Origin: Neisseriaceae bacterium
GTDB taxonomy: Bacteria > Pseudomonadota > Gammaproteobacteria > Burkholderiales > Neisseriaceae
DNA length: 64,000 nt
Assembly (NCBI GenBank): GCA_017458185.1
Contig: JAFTFY010000008.1
Location: forward strand, 12,315-76,314
Direction: 5' to 3'
How positions within the stretch are numbered: the stretch's first letter is position 1; every line of letters starts with the position of its first letter. The notes under the pieces are model-generated. The model was not told the origin of the DNA. It saw only the letters and a list, made by a program, of their open reading frames with translations, and did no database searches. The position numbers and the translations under genes were made by a program. Shown here one piece after another: positions 28,645 through 38,956 of this stretch.

Positions 28645-28735
28645 TGGCGGAAGCGGTGAGATTCGAACTCACGGTGGGCTACTAACCCACGACGGTTTTC
28701 AAGACCGCTGCATTAAACCGCTCTGCCACGCTTCC
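28645..28735 (-). tRNA. tRNA-Ser (anticodon UGA)
   Basis: The reverse complement reads GGAAGCGTGGCAGAGCGGTTTAATGCAGCGGTCTTGAAAACCGTCGTGGGTTAGTAGCCCACCGTGAGTTCGAATCTCACCGCTTCCGCCA. The anticodon loop is CTTGAAA, the variable arm is long and the T-arm is GTTCGAATC. Confidence 0.92.
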
Positions 28736-28793
28736 GAAAAGAAATGCGATTTTAACCCTTATTAACCATTTTGCCAAGAGTTTTATTAAAAAA

Positions 28794-30122
28794 ATGTTTG
28801 TTTGTTCTCAACAAGATTTATTTCAGTTTGCCGAAGATGCGTTGCGTTACGCCAAACAAGGCGGTGCAGACGGTGCGGCGGTTGATGTGTATGAATCCAC
28901 AGGTTTGGAAGTGGCTGTGCGTATGCAGGAAACCGAAAAAGTGGCGTATCGCCGCGATACGGGCGTGGAAGTAGCGGTTTTTGTGGGCAAGAAAAAAGGC
29001 TATGCTTCAACCGCCGATTTGTCGCCACAGGCTTTACAGCAAACGGTTGCCGCCGCTTTGAATATCGCTCGATTTACCGAAGACGATGAATGTTCAGGGC
29101 TGCCTGAACCTGAATTTTTGGCAAGCGATTTGTTCGATTTGGATTTGTATCACCCCTATACGCAAACGCCTGATCAGGCGATTGAATGGGCAAAACAGTG
29201 CGAAAATGCGGCTTTGTCGCAGGATACGCGTATTACGAACAGCGAAGGCTCAGAAGTGTCAAGCGATGTGTCGCAGTCGGTGTTTGCGAACTCTTTGGGC
29301 TTTGCGGCGTATGATAGACGCACGCGTTATGCTATGTCGTGCGTGGCTGTGGCAAGCGATAACGGCGATATGCAAAGAGACTATTGGTCGGACGCAACTC
29401 GTTCTGTTGATGATTTAGCGTCTGCTGATGAAATCGGTAAAACCGCTGCCCAGCGGGTTTTGGCTCGCTTAAATTCAGGCAGCGTTAAAACGGGGGTGTA
29501 TCCTGTTTTGTTTGACCGTATGGTTTCAGGCAGCCTGATTGCCCATTTGGCAGGGGCTTTGTCAGGCGGTGCGTTGTATCGCAAAAGCAGTTTCTTATGC
29601 GATTCTTTGGGTAAAAAAATTCTGCCAGATTGTGTTCAATTACGAGAAGAGCCGCACTTAAAAAAGGCGTTTTCGGTTGCCGTGTGCGATGACGAAGGTG
29701 TGGCAACCAAGCCACGCACGGTGATTGATAAAGGTGTTGTTCAAGGTTATTTTTTAAGCACATATTCGGCTCGCAAATTAGGCTTAAACACCACAGGCAA
29801 TGCAGGCGGTGTGCATCATTTGTGCTTAAAACCCACAGTGGCAACCCAAAAAGACTTGTTAAAACAAATGGGTACGGGCTTAATTGTTACCGAGTTAATG
29901 GGGCAAGGGGTGAATTTGCTGACAGGCGATTATTCGCGTGGTGCGTCTGGCTTTTGGGTGGAAAACGGCGTGATTGCGTATCCTGTGCAAGAAATCACCA
30001 TTGCAGGCAGATTGCAAGATATGTTCGCCCAAGTATTAGGCATTGCCGATGACGCACGCAAACACGCCGCACACAGTGTTGGGTCGATTTTGGTAGAGCA
30101 GATGACGGTAGCAGGGCAGTGA
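28794..30122 (+). CDS. pmbA: metalloprotease PmbA (TldE)
   Basis: 442 aa, colinear with the PmbA/TldD family (..GDYSRGASGFWVENG..). Confidence 0.92.
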   Translation: MFVCSQQDLFQFAEDALRYAKQGGADGAAVDVYESTGLEVAVRMQETEKVAYRRDTGVEVAVFVGKKKGYASTADLSPQALQQTVAAALNIARFTEDDECSGLPEPEFLASDLFDLDLYHPYTQTPDQAIEWAKQCENAALSQDTRITNSEGSEVSSDVSQSVFANSLGFAAYDRRTRYAMSCVAVASDNGDMQRDYWSDATRSVDDLASADEIGKTAAQRVLARLNSGSVKTGVYPVLFDRMVSGSLIAHLAGALSGGALYRKSSFLCDSLGKKILPDCVQLREEPHLKKAFSVAVCDDEGVATKPRTVIDKGVVQGYFLSTYSARKLGLNTTGNAGGVHHLCLKPTVATQKDLLKQMGTGLIVTELMGQGVNLLTGDYSRGASGFWVENGVIAYPVQEITIAGRLQDMFAQVLGIADDARKHAAHSVGSILVEQMTVAGQ

Positions 30123-30123
30123 T

Positions 30124-30379
30124 AGTGAGTAGTGAGCAGTGAGTAGTGAGCAGTAAGCAGTGAGTAGTGAGCAGTTATTAAGTCAAGCCTTGCGGCTTGA
30201 CGGATATTTTAGAACGGACGACCACATAGGGTCGTCCCTACGCAATACTTTTCAGGCAGCCTGAAAGAATAAATCGAAGCATTATTAAAATTTAACCTGT
30301 TTTGCCTGACAAGGCAAAACATAAAGCCTAATTGCTCATTTCTAATTGCTCATTGCTAATTATTTAACTGCTCATTGAC
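30124..30379. repeat. heptamer-capped palindromic element, copy 3
   Basis: The left cap is (AGTGAGY)x7.5 at 30124-30175 and the inverted cap lies at 30330-30379. A central DUS is at 30251 and a REP-like hairpin is inserted at 30216-30242. Confidence 0.8.
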
Positions 30380-30576
30380 CTAAAATATTTAATAATCCAA
30401 AAAATCTTTATTCTTCAAAAGTTATTCATTTAATTTATTCATCTTTTTTGTGTCTATTTATGGTATTTTTTTACAGAAAAACCAATTATATACATAAAAA
30501 AGATGAAATTTATCAATATTTCAGGTAAAATTCGCTGTTTATAATTATTTCAAATGATTTCTCGGACAAGATTTTT

Positions 30577-33552
30577 ATGTTAGCGTGGTTGTTTTTATTG
30601 ATTTGTTTAGTGGCGGCTTCGGTGGTGGTTTATTTGTACCAAGAAAAAAGCCGTAAAGAGTGGGAGTGGGAGTTAATTTATCTTACTCGCCACAGCAAAA
30701 ATGGTGCGATGCCGTCCATTAAACCAATGAAAAAAATCTCGCTTGCCCCTGTGTTTGGCGGCATTAAACGACTAGGCAAGCCCACTCGCCGCATTAACGA
30801 AAACGACTTTTTTGCTCCTGTGCATGACGATTTATCCGATTTGCCGATTTTTTCGTCTGCACCCAAACCCAAAGATACGCAGTTACATGCGGCTACGCGT
30901 TTAAAAGAAACCTTTGATGAAGAACGCAAAATTGCCGTTTCTCAACCGAAAACAACCCCCAAGCCACAAGTTGAAAAAACGCAAACCATTATTTCGGTGA
31001 AACCTTTGCAAGATTTAGATGACGATGATGATGACGATGAAATTGCCGAAACCATTTCGGCAAATGATTTGCACCGTCATCGCACTTCGTTAGTGGAAAT
31101 TGAAATCGAAGAAGATTTAGACGAGCCGCAAGAAGAAGTGCAACCTGTTGTTATTTCAAATAAAAAAGAAGAAAAGCCCGCAATGGATTTAAGCAATCCT
31201 GACCCTGAATCGGAAGTGATTTCAGCGGCGGATATTTCGCGGCAAATTCCTGTTAAACCTGCCAAGCCGATTGTTGATGATTATCCTGAAAAAGAAATTA
31301 TTTCTGCCGAAGAAATCATCAGACGCATTGGGGCAACGGTGGCAAACAGTCCGAAAACGCAACAATCCACACGCACCATTGCCGCAGGCAGCCTGAAAAA
31401 ACCGAATAAAACCAACGCTGTGCCTGAAAAACGCACGATTGACGGTGATGAACTTCGCCGCAATTTATCGCACAAAACACATGCGGACGATAATAAAGAA
31501 ACCAAAATCATTACGGCAGAAAATTTAGGCACGCCGCAAAGCGAATTGCCACACCATTTAAGATATGTTGATTTTCCTAAATCTTCGCCTAAAAATCGTA
31601 CCGAAACAGTGAAACCTGTGGTGCGTAGCGTTATTCCGCCCGAAGCACGCTGGAATGATACGGCACAACCTGAAAATAAAGTGCCTGAAAAGCCTATTTC
31701 CACTATTTTTACGCCGTTTGCCAACCCTGCTAAACGCAGTAATCCGCTAAAAAAAACAACAGAGATTTTGCCTGAAAAACCGCAACAATCGTTCGATTAT
31801 GAAGACAATGCCCTGTGGTCGCTGCCTGCTATGGACGATATTTGGAATAATGAATTAGCGGCTGATGAAACGGCTGATTTTGTTCAAGAAAATGCGTTCA
31901 GGCAGCCTGAAACACCCGTAACTTCTTTCAGGCAGCCTGAAAATATTTCTACAATGCCCACAACGCCTTTGCACCAGCCTGAAACACCGCAACACAAGCC
32001 CGAAGTGGTGGCGTATGACAAACTGCACGCCCCCAGTGTTACGCAACGGCTGTTCGCGTCTGTGCGTAAATTTCAACTGCCTAATTTATCGCTGTTAATT
32101 CCGCCTGTATTGGATTTTTCTGCCAATGTCAGCGAAGACGAAATTTTGCAATCGTCCATTACCATTGAAGAAAAACTTGCCGAATTTCGTGTGAAAGTGC
32201 GTGTGATAGACGCATTTGCAGGTCCTGTGATTACCCGTTACGAAATCGAACCCGATACAGGGGTGCGGGGCAGTCAAGTGGTGAATTTAGAAAAAGACTT
32301 GGCAAGGGCGTTGGGGCATGCCAGCATTCGCGTGGTGGAAACCATACCAGGCAAGACTTGTATGGGTTTGGAATTACCCAACCCACAACGCAAAATGATT
32401 CGCCTATCGGAAATTTTCGGCACAGAAACCTTTGCGTCTGCCAAATCCAAACTCACCATGGCGTTGGGGCAGGACATTACAGGCAAACCGATTGTAACGG
32501 ACTTGGCGAAAGCACCGCACCTGCTTGTGGCAGGTACTACGGGTTCAGGCAAATCAGTCGGCGTGAATGCGATGATTTTGTCTATGCTGTTCAAAGCCAA
32601 GCCAGACGAAGTGCGTATGATTATGATAGACCCCAAAATGTTGGAGTTATCGATTTACGAAGGCATACCGCACTTGCTCGCCCCTGTGATTACCGATATG
32701 AAACTTGCCCCCAATGCCTTGAATTGGTGCGTGAATGAAATGGAAAAACGCTATCGGCTGATGAGCCACTTGGGCGTACGCAATATGGCAGGTTACAACC
32801 AAAAAATTGCCGAAGCCGAGAAACTCAATAAACGCTTGGCAAATCCATTTAGCCTAACGCCGTCTGACCCTGAACCGTTGGAAAAATTCCCGTTTATCGT
32901 GGTGGTGGTCGATGAATTTGCCGATTTAATGATGGTGGGCGATAAGAAAAAAGTCGAAGAGTGCATTGTACGACTGGCACAAAAAGCCCGTGCCGCAGGC
33001 ATACACTTGATTTTAGCCACACAACGCCCATCGGTTGATGTGATTACAGGCTTAATTAAAGCCAATATTCCCACACGCATTGCCTTTCAGGTTGCTTCCA
33101 CAACCGACAGCCGCACGGTTTTAGACCAAAAAGGGGCAGAAAACTTATTAGGACAAGGCGATATGTTGTTTTTACCGCCAGGCTCGCCCTATCCACAACG
33201 CATACACGGGGCTTTTGTGGCAGACGAAGAAGTACACCGCATTGTGGAATACCTAAAACAATTTGGCGAGCCGCAATATGTTGATGACATTCTCACCGCA
33301 GGCGTGGCTGGCGGCGACTTATTCAGTAACGAAGCAGGCGGATACAATGACGGCGAAACCGATGAGTTGTATGACGCCTCCGTCAAATTTGTCATCGACA
33401 CAGGCAAAACTTCCATTTCCGCCCTACAACGCCACTTACGCATAGGCTACAACCGAGCAGCCAACATTATTGACGCATTAGAAGCCGCTAGCGTCATTTC
33501 CCCTGCCGACAGCAGCGGCAAACGCAAAGTGTTGGTTGGGCGAAGCGAATAA
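30577..33552 (+). CDS. ftsK: DNA translocase FtsK
   Basis: The C-terminal motor carries [10 protein letters not shown] (Walker A) and [10 protein letters not shown] (Walker B), followed by a gamma wHTH ([19 protein letters not shown]). A long low-complexity linker is present. I see only one clear N-terminal TM helix. Confidence 0.93.
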   Translation: MLAWLFLLICLVAASVVVYLYQEKSRKEWEWELIYLTRHSKNGAMPSIKPMKKISLAPVFGGIKRLGKPTRRINENDFFAPVHDDLSDLPIFSSAPKPKDTQLHAATRLKETFDEERKIAVSQPKTTPKPQVEKTQTIISVKPLQDLDDDDDDDEIAETISANDLHRHRTSLVEIEIEEDLDEPQEEVQPVVISNKKEEKPAMDLSNPDPESEVISAADISRQIPVKPAKPIVDDYPEKEIISAEEIIRRIGATVANSPKTQQSTRTIAAGSLKKPNKTNAVPEKRTIDGDELRRNLSHKTHADDNKETKIITAENLGTPQSELPHHLRYVDFPKSSPKNRTETVKPVVRSVIPPEARWNDTAQPENKVPEKPISTIFTPFANPAKRSNPLKKTTEILPEKPQQSFDYEDNALWSLPAMDDIWNNELAADETADFVQENAFRQPETPVTSFRQPENISTMPTTPLHQPETPQHKPEVVAYDKLHAPSVTQRLFASVRKFQLPNLSLLIPPVLDFSANVSEDEILQSSITIEEKLAEFRVKVRVIDAFAGPVITRYEIEPDTGVRGSQVVNLEKDLARALGHASIRVVETIPGKTCMGLELPNPQRKMIRLSEIFGTETFASAKSKLTMALGQDITGKPIVTDLAKAPHLLVAGTTGSGKSVGVNAMILSMLFKAKPDEVRMIMIDPKMLELSIYEGIPHLLAPVITDMKLAPNALNWCVNEMEKRYRLMSHLGVRNMAGYNQKIAEAEKLNKRLANPFSLTPSDPEPLEKFPFIVVVVDEFADLMMVGDKKKVEECIVRLAQKARAAGIHLILATQRPSVDVITGLIKANIPTRIAFQVASTTDSRTVLDQKGAENLLGQGDMLFLPPGSPYPQRIHGAFVADEEVHRIVEYLKQFGEPQYVDDILTAGVAGGDLFSNEAGGYNDGETDELYDASVKFVIDTGKTSISALQRHLRIGYNRAANIIDALEAASVISPADSSGKRKVLVGRSE

Positions 33553-33573
33553 CTTTCAGGCAGCCTGAAAACA

Positions 33574-34212
33574 ATGAAACAAGCAATTTTTGAATGGATT
33601 GATAACGCACTGCCCACTATGGACAATTTTGTTTTGGGCAAAAACCGTGAAGTGTGGCAGGTTTTGCATACGGATTTTTCCGTGCTGACGCTGTGGGGTG
33701 AGGCTGGCAGTGGCAAAACGCATTTACTCAAAGCGTGGCAAACGCGTTATGACGGTATTTATATTGAAAATGGAGACGATATTTTCAGGCTGCCTGAAAG
33801 CATTTCGCGTATTGCCATAGACAATATTCATTTATATAACGATACACAACTTACTGAATTATTTGCATTATTTAATCAACTCAAAGACAACAACACGCCT
33901 ATGTTATTTGCGTCAGACACGCCGCCTGCTGCTTTGACTTGGCGAGATGATTTGAAAACACGGCTAAACTGGGGCGGGGTGTATGAAGTCAAACCCTTGT
34001 CGGATAATGATAAAATGCACGCCCTGCGGCAATTTGCTAACGAGCGGCAAATGTATATTGATGACGCGGTTTTTCATTATTTGATGAATTTTGTCAGTCG
34101 CGATATGCGGCTATTGCAAGGCTGCCTGAAACAATTTGACGACTTTGCAGTGCAACACAAAAGACGAATGACCGTGCCGCTGTTAAAGGCGTTTTTGGAT
34201 ACGCAGAATTGA
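33574..34212 (+). CDS. hda: DnaA-inactivating protein Hda (DnaA-related AAA+)
   Basis: It has LWGEAGSGKTHLL (Walker A). The 212-aa size and the AAA+ box VII region are as in Hda. Confidence 0.85.
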   Translation: MKQAIFEWIDNALPTMDNFVLGKNREVWQVLHTDFSVLTLWGEAGSGKTHLLKAWQTRYDGIYIENGDDIFRLPESISRIAIDNIHLYNDTQLTELFALFNQLKDNNTPMLFASDTPPAALTWRDDLKTRLNWGGVYEVKPLSDNDKMHALRQFANERQMYIDDAVFHYLMNFVSRDMRLLQGCLKQFDDFAVQHKRRMTVPLLKAFLDTQN

Positions 34213-34275
34213 TTTTCAGGCAGCCTGAAAATTAAAAAACGGCAAAGCAATTAAAGAACTCAAAAGGATTAAAAA

Positions 34276-34608
34276 ATGAATATATTAGAAATAATTTTTA
34301 ATTTACTTCATATAAAATCTTCCATTCCTATAAAAAAAATAGGTTCAGATAATTATTCAGAAATAACCAAAGTATTGATGATACCAAGAGATTTCAGAGA
34401 ACCTAAAAAATTAGGTAAATTAGAAAATTTACTTAAAAAAGCACAAGAACAAGGAGTTGTAACAGAATTAACAGATAAAAAATATTATTACTATGAAGGC
34501 GGAAATAGAGCACATCATTTTTATCTAAAAGAATGTGAACAAACTTGGCGATTAGTTTATCCTGATTACCCTTTTTGTGGCGTATGGGAAAGAGTTAGAG
34601 AAAATTAA
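34276..34608 (+). CDS. hypothetical protein (AT-rich orphan)
   Basis: 110 aa with an AAAGGA RBS and no recognisable motif. The sequence is clearly more AT-rich than its neighbours. Confidence 0.5.
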   Translation: MNILEIIFNLLHIKSSIPIKKIGSDNYSEITKVLMIPRDFREPKKLGKLENLLKKAQEQGVVTELTDKKYYYYEGGNRAHHFYLKECEQTWRLVYPDYPFCGVWERVREN

Positions 34609-34684
34609 ATCGATTTATAATTAAATTAAAAAATAACAACAACTTACTATTTATAAATATTTTACCATTTGGATTTAATCCTGC

Positions 34685-34906
34685 GTGTCATTGCGAGACT
34701 TGAACGAAGTTCAAGTCGTGGCAATCCAGTTTTGCCGTTAGACAAAACAAACGCCGTAAGGCGTTTTAACACCCTTGCATTATGTCTTTTAGGTTGCTTA
34801 AATGATAAAAGAAACAGTGTGTTACAACGCCTTACGGCGTTGGTTCAAACCTATCGGTTTGAACTGGATTGCCACGCCGAAACTGCGTTTCGGCTCGCAA
34901 TGACAC
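34685..34906. mobile_element. MITE-like palindromic element (GTGTCATTGCGAG termini), copy 2
   Basis: It has the same termini and internal layout as 11410-11632. Confidence 0.75.
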
Positions 34907-34991
34907 AGTTTTTAACATTTTGAAACGATTTGACTATAATTATTCAGGCAGCCTGAAAATATTTGAACATTTAAAATAAACGAGTAACACA

Positions 34992-35660
34992 ATGACAAAT
35001 TTAGCCATTTTTGATTTAGACCGAACGCTGATTACCTGCGATTCTGATGTGGCGTGGGCGGCTTATTTAGCGGAAAAAGGTATTTTTAGCGAAGAAGACA
35101 GCCAAAAACGCGACAAATTTTATGATGATTATGACAACGGTTGTTTGGATATTGACGCTTTTTTGCGGTTTCAATTAGCCCCATTAGCCAAATTTTCGCG
35201 TGATAAACTTAATTTAATGCACGCTGAATTTATGAACAAATATATTGTTCATCACATTACCGAAACGGCAAAAAATATAGTTAAAAATCATATAGATAAT
35301 GCTGATGATGTGGTGCTTGTTTCTGCCACAAATGAGTTTGTCATCACGCCGATTGCGGCTCGATTTGGCATAAAAGAAATAGTCGGCGTGAAATTAGTTA
35401 CCGATAAAAATAATAACTACACAGGTGAATATACTGGCACACCGTCATTTAAAGAAGGTAAAATTGTGCGTTTGAATGAATGGTTGCAACAACAAGGCAA
35501 ACAAATGAGCGATTACGAACGCACTTATTTTTACAGCGATTCGCACAACGATTTGCCCTTGCTGCGTTTGGTTGATAATCCGATTGCGGTCAATCCTGAC
35601 CCTGTGTTACGCCAAGAAGCCATTGAAAAGGGTTGGCAGATTATTACATTTACGGAATAA
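34992..35660 (+). CDS. HAD-IB family hydrolase (phosphoserine phosphatase-like)
   Basis: IFDLDRTLI is HAD motif I, SATNEF is motif II and YSDSHNDLPLL is motif IV. Confidence 0.85.
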   Translation: MTNLAIFDLDRTLITCDSDVAWAAYLAEKGIFSEEDSQKRDKFYDDYDNGCLDIDAFLRFQLAPLAKFSRDKLNLMHAEFMNKYIVHHITETAKNIVKNHIDNADDVVLVSATNEFVITPIAARFGIKEIVGVKLVTDKNNNYTGEYTGTPSFKEGKIVRLNEWLQQQGKQMSDYERTYFYSDSHNDLPLLRLVDNPIAVNPDPVLRQEAIEKGWQIITFTE

Positions 35661-35663
35661 ATT

Positions 35664-36047
35664 ATGTTAAAAACATTGATGAACGGCAAAATTCACCGAG
35701 CCACTGTAACAGACGCAAATTTAAATTATGTCGGCAGCATTACGGTTGATACCGATTTGCTTAACGCCGCAGGCATTGATATTCACGAAAAAGTGCAAAT
35801 TGTCAATAATAACAACGGCGAACGCTTTGAAACTTACACTATTGCAGGCAAAAAAGGCTCGGGCGAAATCTGCTTAAACGGAGCCGCCGCACGATTAGTG
35901 CAGAAAGGCGATATTGTGATTATTATGTCGTTTGTTTTGATAGACGCAAAAGAAGTTGCCACACACCGCCCCAAAGTGGTTTTGGTTGATGAAAATAATA
36001 AAATTACGCAGGTTATTCATGCGGAACAGGCGGGGGAAATTGGCTAA
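35664..36047 (+). CDS. panD: aspartate 1-decarboxylase
   Basis: [29 protein letters not shown] contains the G-S self-processing site. Confidence 0.95.
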   Translation: MLKTLMNGKIHRATVTDANLNYVGSITVDTDLLNAAGIDIHEKVQIVNNNNGERFETYTIAGKKGSGEICLNGAAARLVQKGDIVIIMSFVLIDAKEVATHRPKVVLVDENNKITQVIHAEQAGEIG

Positions 36048-36061
36048 TCAAAAGTCATGTC

Positions 36062-36340
36062 ATGATGCAATTTGAATGGAACGAAGATAAAGCACAAGCC
36101 AACCTGAAAAAACATAAAATTGCCTTTGAAGACGCTTTATATGTTTTTACTGACCATTATCGTATTGAAACAATAGATAATCGCAGTTATTATGGCGAAG
36201 AGCGTTGGAATACCGTGGGCATTGCTTGCGGTGTTCTGATTTTTGTAACATATACGGTGCGTGGTGAAAATATCCGCATTATTTCAGCAAGGAAAGCAAA
36301 TGGACAAGAAAACCAAAAATATCGTCAAGGTTTCTTTTGA
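36062..36340 (+). CDS. brnT: BrnT-family toxin (DUF497)
   Basis: FEWNEDKAQANLKKHKIAFEDA.. and IRIISARKA.. are typical of BrnT. Confidence 0.85.
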   Translation: MMQFEWNEDKAQANLKKHKIAFEDALYVFTDHYRIETIDNRSYYGEERWNTVGIACGVLIFVTYTVRGENIRIISARKANGQENQKYRQGFF

Positions 36341-36614
36341 CCCGAATAATCCGCCGCCGATGACGGAAAAGCAAATCAAACGCTTGCAAGCGTTAGCCGA
36401 TATGCCCGATGAAGAAATTGATTATGACGATATTCCTTATAATCCTGAATTGAATTGGCAACGCCCAAAAAGTTTTCCGCCAACACACAAACAAAGTACC
36501 GTTTCATTGCAAATTGATGACGATATTTTGCAATATTTTCAAAAATCAGGCAAAAATTGGCAAGGCTATCTGAATCAGGTTTTACGCCGTTATATGCTAC
36601 AAAACGCAGGATAA
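36300..36614 (+). CDS. brnA: BrnA-family antitoxin
   Basis: The ATG at 36300 overlaps the brnT 3' end. The DIP.. segment and the C-terminal ribbon-helix-helix-like VSLQIDDDILQYFQKSGKNWQGYLNQVLRRYM are present. Confidence 0.8.
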   Translation: MDKKTKNIVKVSFDPNNPPPMTEKQIKRLQALADMPDEEIDYDDIPYNPELNWQRPKSFPPTHKQSTVSLQIDDDILQYFQKSGKNWQGYLNQVLRRYMLQNAG

Positions 36615-36725
36615 ATATACTTTAATATCGTGTTAATTAACTGACTATAATCTTTTCAGGCTGCCTAAACACCATTTTTAGGCAAACTGAATTTTTCTCA
36701 ACCACTCTTCATAAGGAACAAAATA

Positions 36726-37259
36726 ATGAAGAAAACTGTTGTAACCCTGTCTGCTTTGCTGTTATCTGTTGCTGCATTCGCAGATATTCACATTGAAAAC
36801 CCCCGTTCTCGCATAACCGCACCCACAGTAAAACGAGGCGGTGCGTTTATGAATATTAAAAATGACGGCAAAACGGACGATGTATTGATTGCCGCTTCCA
36901 CGCCGCGTTCGAGCAAAACCGAGTTACACAACACCACGATAGATGAAAACGGTGTGATGAAAATGCGTGAAATGAAAGACGGCATTTCCGTGCCAGCAGG
37001 GCAAACCGTTGAACTTAAACCAGATTCATTGCATGTAATGTTTATGGATTTGCACGAGCCATTTGTCGAAGGGCAAACATATCCTTTAACGCTGAAATTC
37101 AAAAACGCAGGCGAAAAAACCGTTACCGTAACGGTTAAAGATATGTCAAACGAAACGCCACAAAAAGGCAATATGCACGCTCATATGCACGGCGAACATA
37201 AAGCCCCGCCGCCGCCACAAATGGTAATGCCTAATCATCACGCAGGTCATCAACATTGA
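36726..37259 (+). CDS. periplasmic copper chaperone PCu(A)C (DUF461)
   Basis: It has a signal peptide, H..M..M copper motifs (ELHNTT.., MKMREM, LHVMFMDL) and a His/Met-rich tail. Confidence 0.85.
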   Translation: MKKTVVTLSALLLSVAAFADIHIENPRSRITAPTVKRGGAFMNIKNDGKTDDVLIAASTPRSSKTELHNTTIDENGVMKMREMKDGISVPAGQTVELKPDSLHVMFMDLHEPFVEGQTYPLTLKFKNAGEKTVTVTVKDMSNETPQKGNMHAHMHGEHKAPPPPQMVMPNHHAGHQH

Positions 37260-37375
37260 TTGCTGTCGCTTAAAAAAAACACGCCTGCCAAGTGGGCGTG
37301 TTTTTTTTATTCTTATTAAAAATCGACTATAATAGCCCGTTTTATGGCTTATTCAGGCAGCCTGAAAGATTAACA

Positions 37376-38041
37376 ATGAACGAAAACAATACTTTAACCA
37401 TCGCCTTATCCAAAGGACGCATTTTTGACGAAACCTTGCCACTGCTTGCCGCCGCAGGAATTGAAGTTTTGGAAAATCCAGAGACTTCACGCAAACTGAT
37501 ATTGCCGACCAATCACGATAATATGCGGGTGATTATTGTGCGTGCGTCCGATGTGCCGACTTATGTTCGTTACGGTGCGGCAGATTTTGGCATTGCGGGC
37601 AAAGATGTGTTGATTGAAAGCGGTGGGGGCGGTTTGTATCAGCCTTTGGATTTGAAAATTGCCCAATGCAAAATGATGGTTGCGGTCAAACAAGGCTTTG
37701 ATTATCAAAAAGTGTCCAGTGCAGGCAGTCGCTTACGCATTGCTACAAAATACCCCAATATCGCTCGCGAACACTTTGCTCAAAAAGGCGTGCATATCGA
37801 CATTATTAAATTGTACGGCTCAATGGAACTCGCTCCACTCGTGGGTTTGTCAGATGCGATTGTAGATTTGGTTTCCACAGGCGGCACTTTGCGTGCCAAT
37901 AATTTGGAAGCAGTGGAACACATTTGCGACATTTCCAGCCGCCTGATTGTGAATAAAGCGGCACTCAAACTCAAACACGCTCAAATTCAACCGATTATTG
38001 ATGTGTTTGCCAAAACCGTAGCACAACAAAATCAAGCGTAA
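37376..38041 (+). CDS. hisG: ATP phosphoribosyltransferase (short form)
   Basis: The start was moved to the ATG at 37376, because the upstream part of the tracked ORF is a translated [12 protein letters not shown] and [12 protein letters not shown] motifs are present. Confidence 0.93.
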   Translation: MNENNTLTIALSKGRIFDETLPLLAAAGIEVLENPETSRKLILPTNHDNMRVIIVRASDVPTYVRYGAADFGIAGKDVLIESGGGGLYQPLDLKIAQCKMMVAVKQGFDYQKVSSAGSRLRIATKYPNIAREHFAQKGVHIDIIKLYGSMELAPLVGLSDAIVDLVSTGGTLRANNLEAVEHICDISSRLIVNKAALKLKHAQIQPIIDVFAKTVAQQNQA

Positions 38042-38051
38042 ATAAGACGAT

Positions 38052-38087
38052 AAAAAACCTTTGTTGTATAAAAACAAAGGTTTTTTT
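38052..38087 (+). terminator. Rho-independent terminator of hisG
   Basis: aaaaaacctttgtt-gtataaa-aacaaaggttttttt. Confidence 0.8.
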
Positions 38088-38107
38088 ATTTCAGGCTACC
38101 TGAAACT

Positions 38108-38896
38108 TTAAAACCAATGTTCTTGTGCTGGAAATGTGCCGTTTTTCACCGATTGAACATAATCGGCAAAGGCGGCTTGAATATTGTCTTTGCCTGCCAT
38201 AAAGTTTTTCACAAAGCGGGCTTTTTTGCTGTCGGTTACCCATAACATATCGTGCATCACCAAAACTTGCCCATCGCAATCTTTACCTGCACCAATGCCG
38301 ATTGTGGGGCAATGCACGCTTTGGGTGATTTGGCGGGCTAAATCGGCAGGTACGCACTCCATTAACACAATACTCGCCCCTGCGTTATCGTGGGCTTTTG
38401 CGTCTTTGATGAGTTGTGCCGCCGCGTCTTCGGTTTTGCCTTGCACTTTATAACCGCCAAAGGCATTCACCCACTGCGGCGTTAAGCCAATATGGGCACA
38501 CACGGGAATGCCGCGTTGTTCTAAAAAGGCAGTGGTTTCTGCCATAAATTCGCCGCCTTCGGCTTTTACCATAGCCGCACCTGCTGCCATTAAGCGACAA
38601 GCGGCTTGATAGGCTTGTTCCTTGCTTTGCTGTGCCACGCCAAAGGGGAAGTCGGCAACGATCATCGCATTTTTGACACCGCGTGCCACGCATGCCGTGT
38701 GATAACACATATCGTCCAATGTTACAGGCAAAGTTGAAGTATGCCCTTGCACAGCCATGCCCAAAGAATCCCCAATCAACAACATATCCACGCCAGCCGC
38801 GTCCATGGCAGCGGCAAAGGTTGCGTCATAACAGGTGAGCATGGCAATTTTGTCGCCAGTGGCTTTCATTTTATGTAATGTGCTGACGGTAATCAT
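38108..38896 (-). CDS. panB: 3-methyl-2-oxobutanoate hydroxymethyltransferase
   Basis: [18 protein letters not shown] and GGYKVQGK are PanB signatures. Confidence 0.95.
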   Translation of the reverse strand: MITVSTLHKMKATGDKIAMLTCYDATFAAAMDAAGVDMLLIGDSLGMAVQGHTSTLPVTLDDMCYHTACVARGVKNAMIVADFPFGVAQQSKEQAYQAACRLMAAGAAMVKAEGGEFMAETTAFLEQRGIPVCAHIGLTPQWVNAFGGYKVQGKTEDAAAQLIKDAKAHDNAGASIVLMECVPADLARQITQSVHCPTIGIGAGKDCDGQVLVMHDMLWVTDSKKARFVKNFMAGKDNIQAAFADYVQSVKNGTFPAQEHWF

Positions 38897-38956
38897 TTTG
38901 GTGTTGTCCTTTGAATGATGATGACTTTCAGGCTGCCTGAAATATTGTCTTACGGT

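Noticed and set aside
27247-28735. The AT-rich cassette might be a tRNA-targeted integrative island or prophage remnant.
   Set aside because: No integrase, excisionase or phage gene is present. I could not find a direct repeat of the tRNA-Ser 3' end at the pdxH-proximal boundary. The tRNA's own terminator hairpin (28548-28572) lies between the tRNA and the cassette.
37292-37375. N-terminal extensions appear in the tracked ORFs for hisG, uppP (53020), galU (48350), the sensor kinase (62035), the secreted protein (19110) and others.
   Set aside because: The extensions start at non-ATG codons or run through a DUS or terminator, giving SGSLK/FRQPE peptides. Conserved N-termini with RBS-like sequences begin at the internal ATGs used in the feature table.
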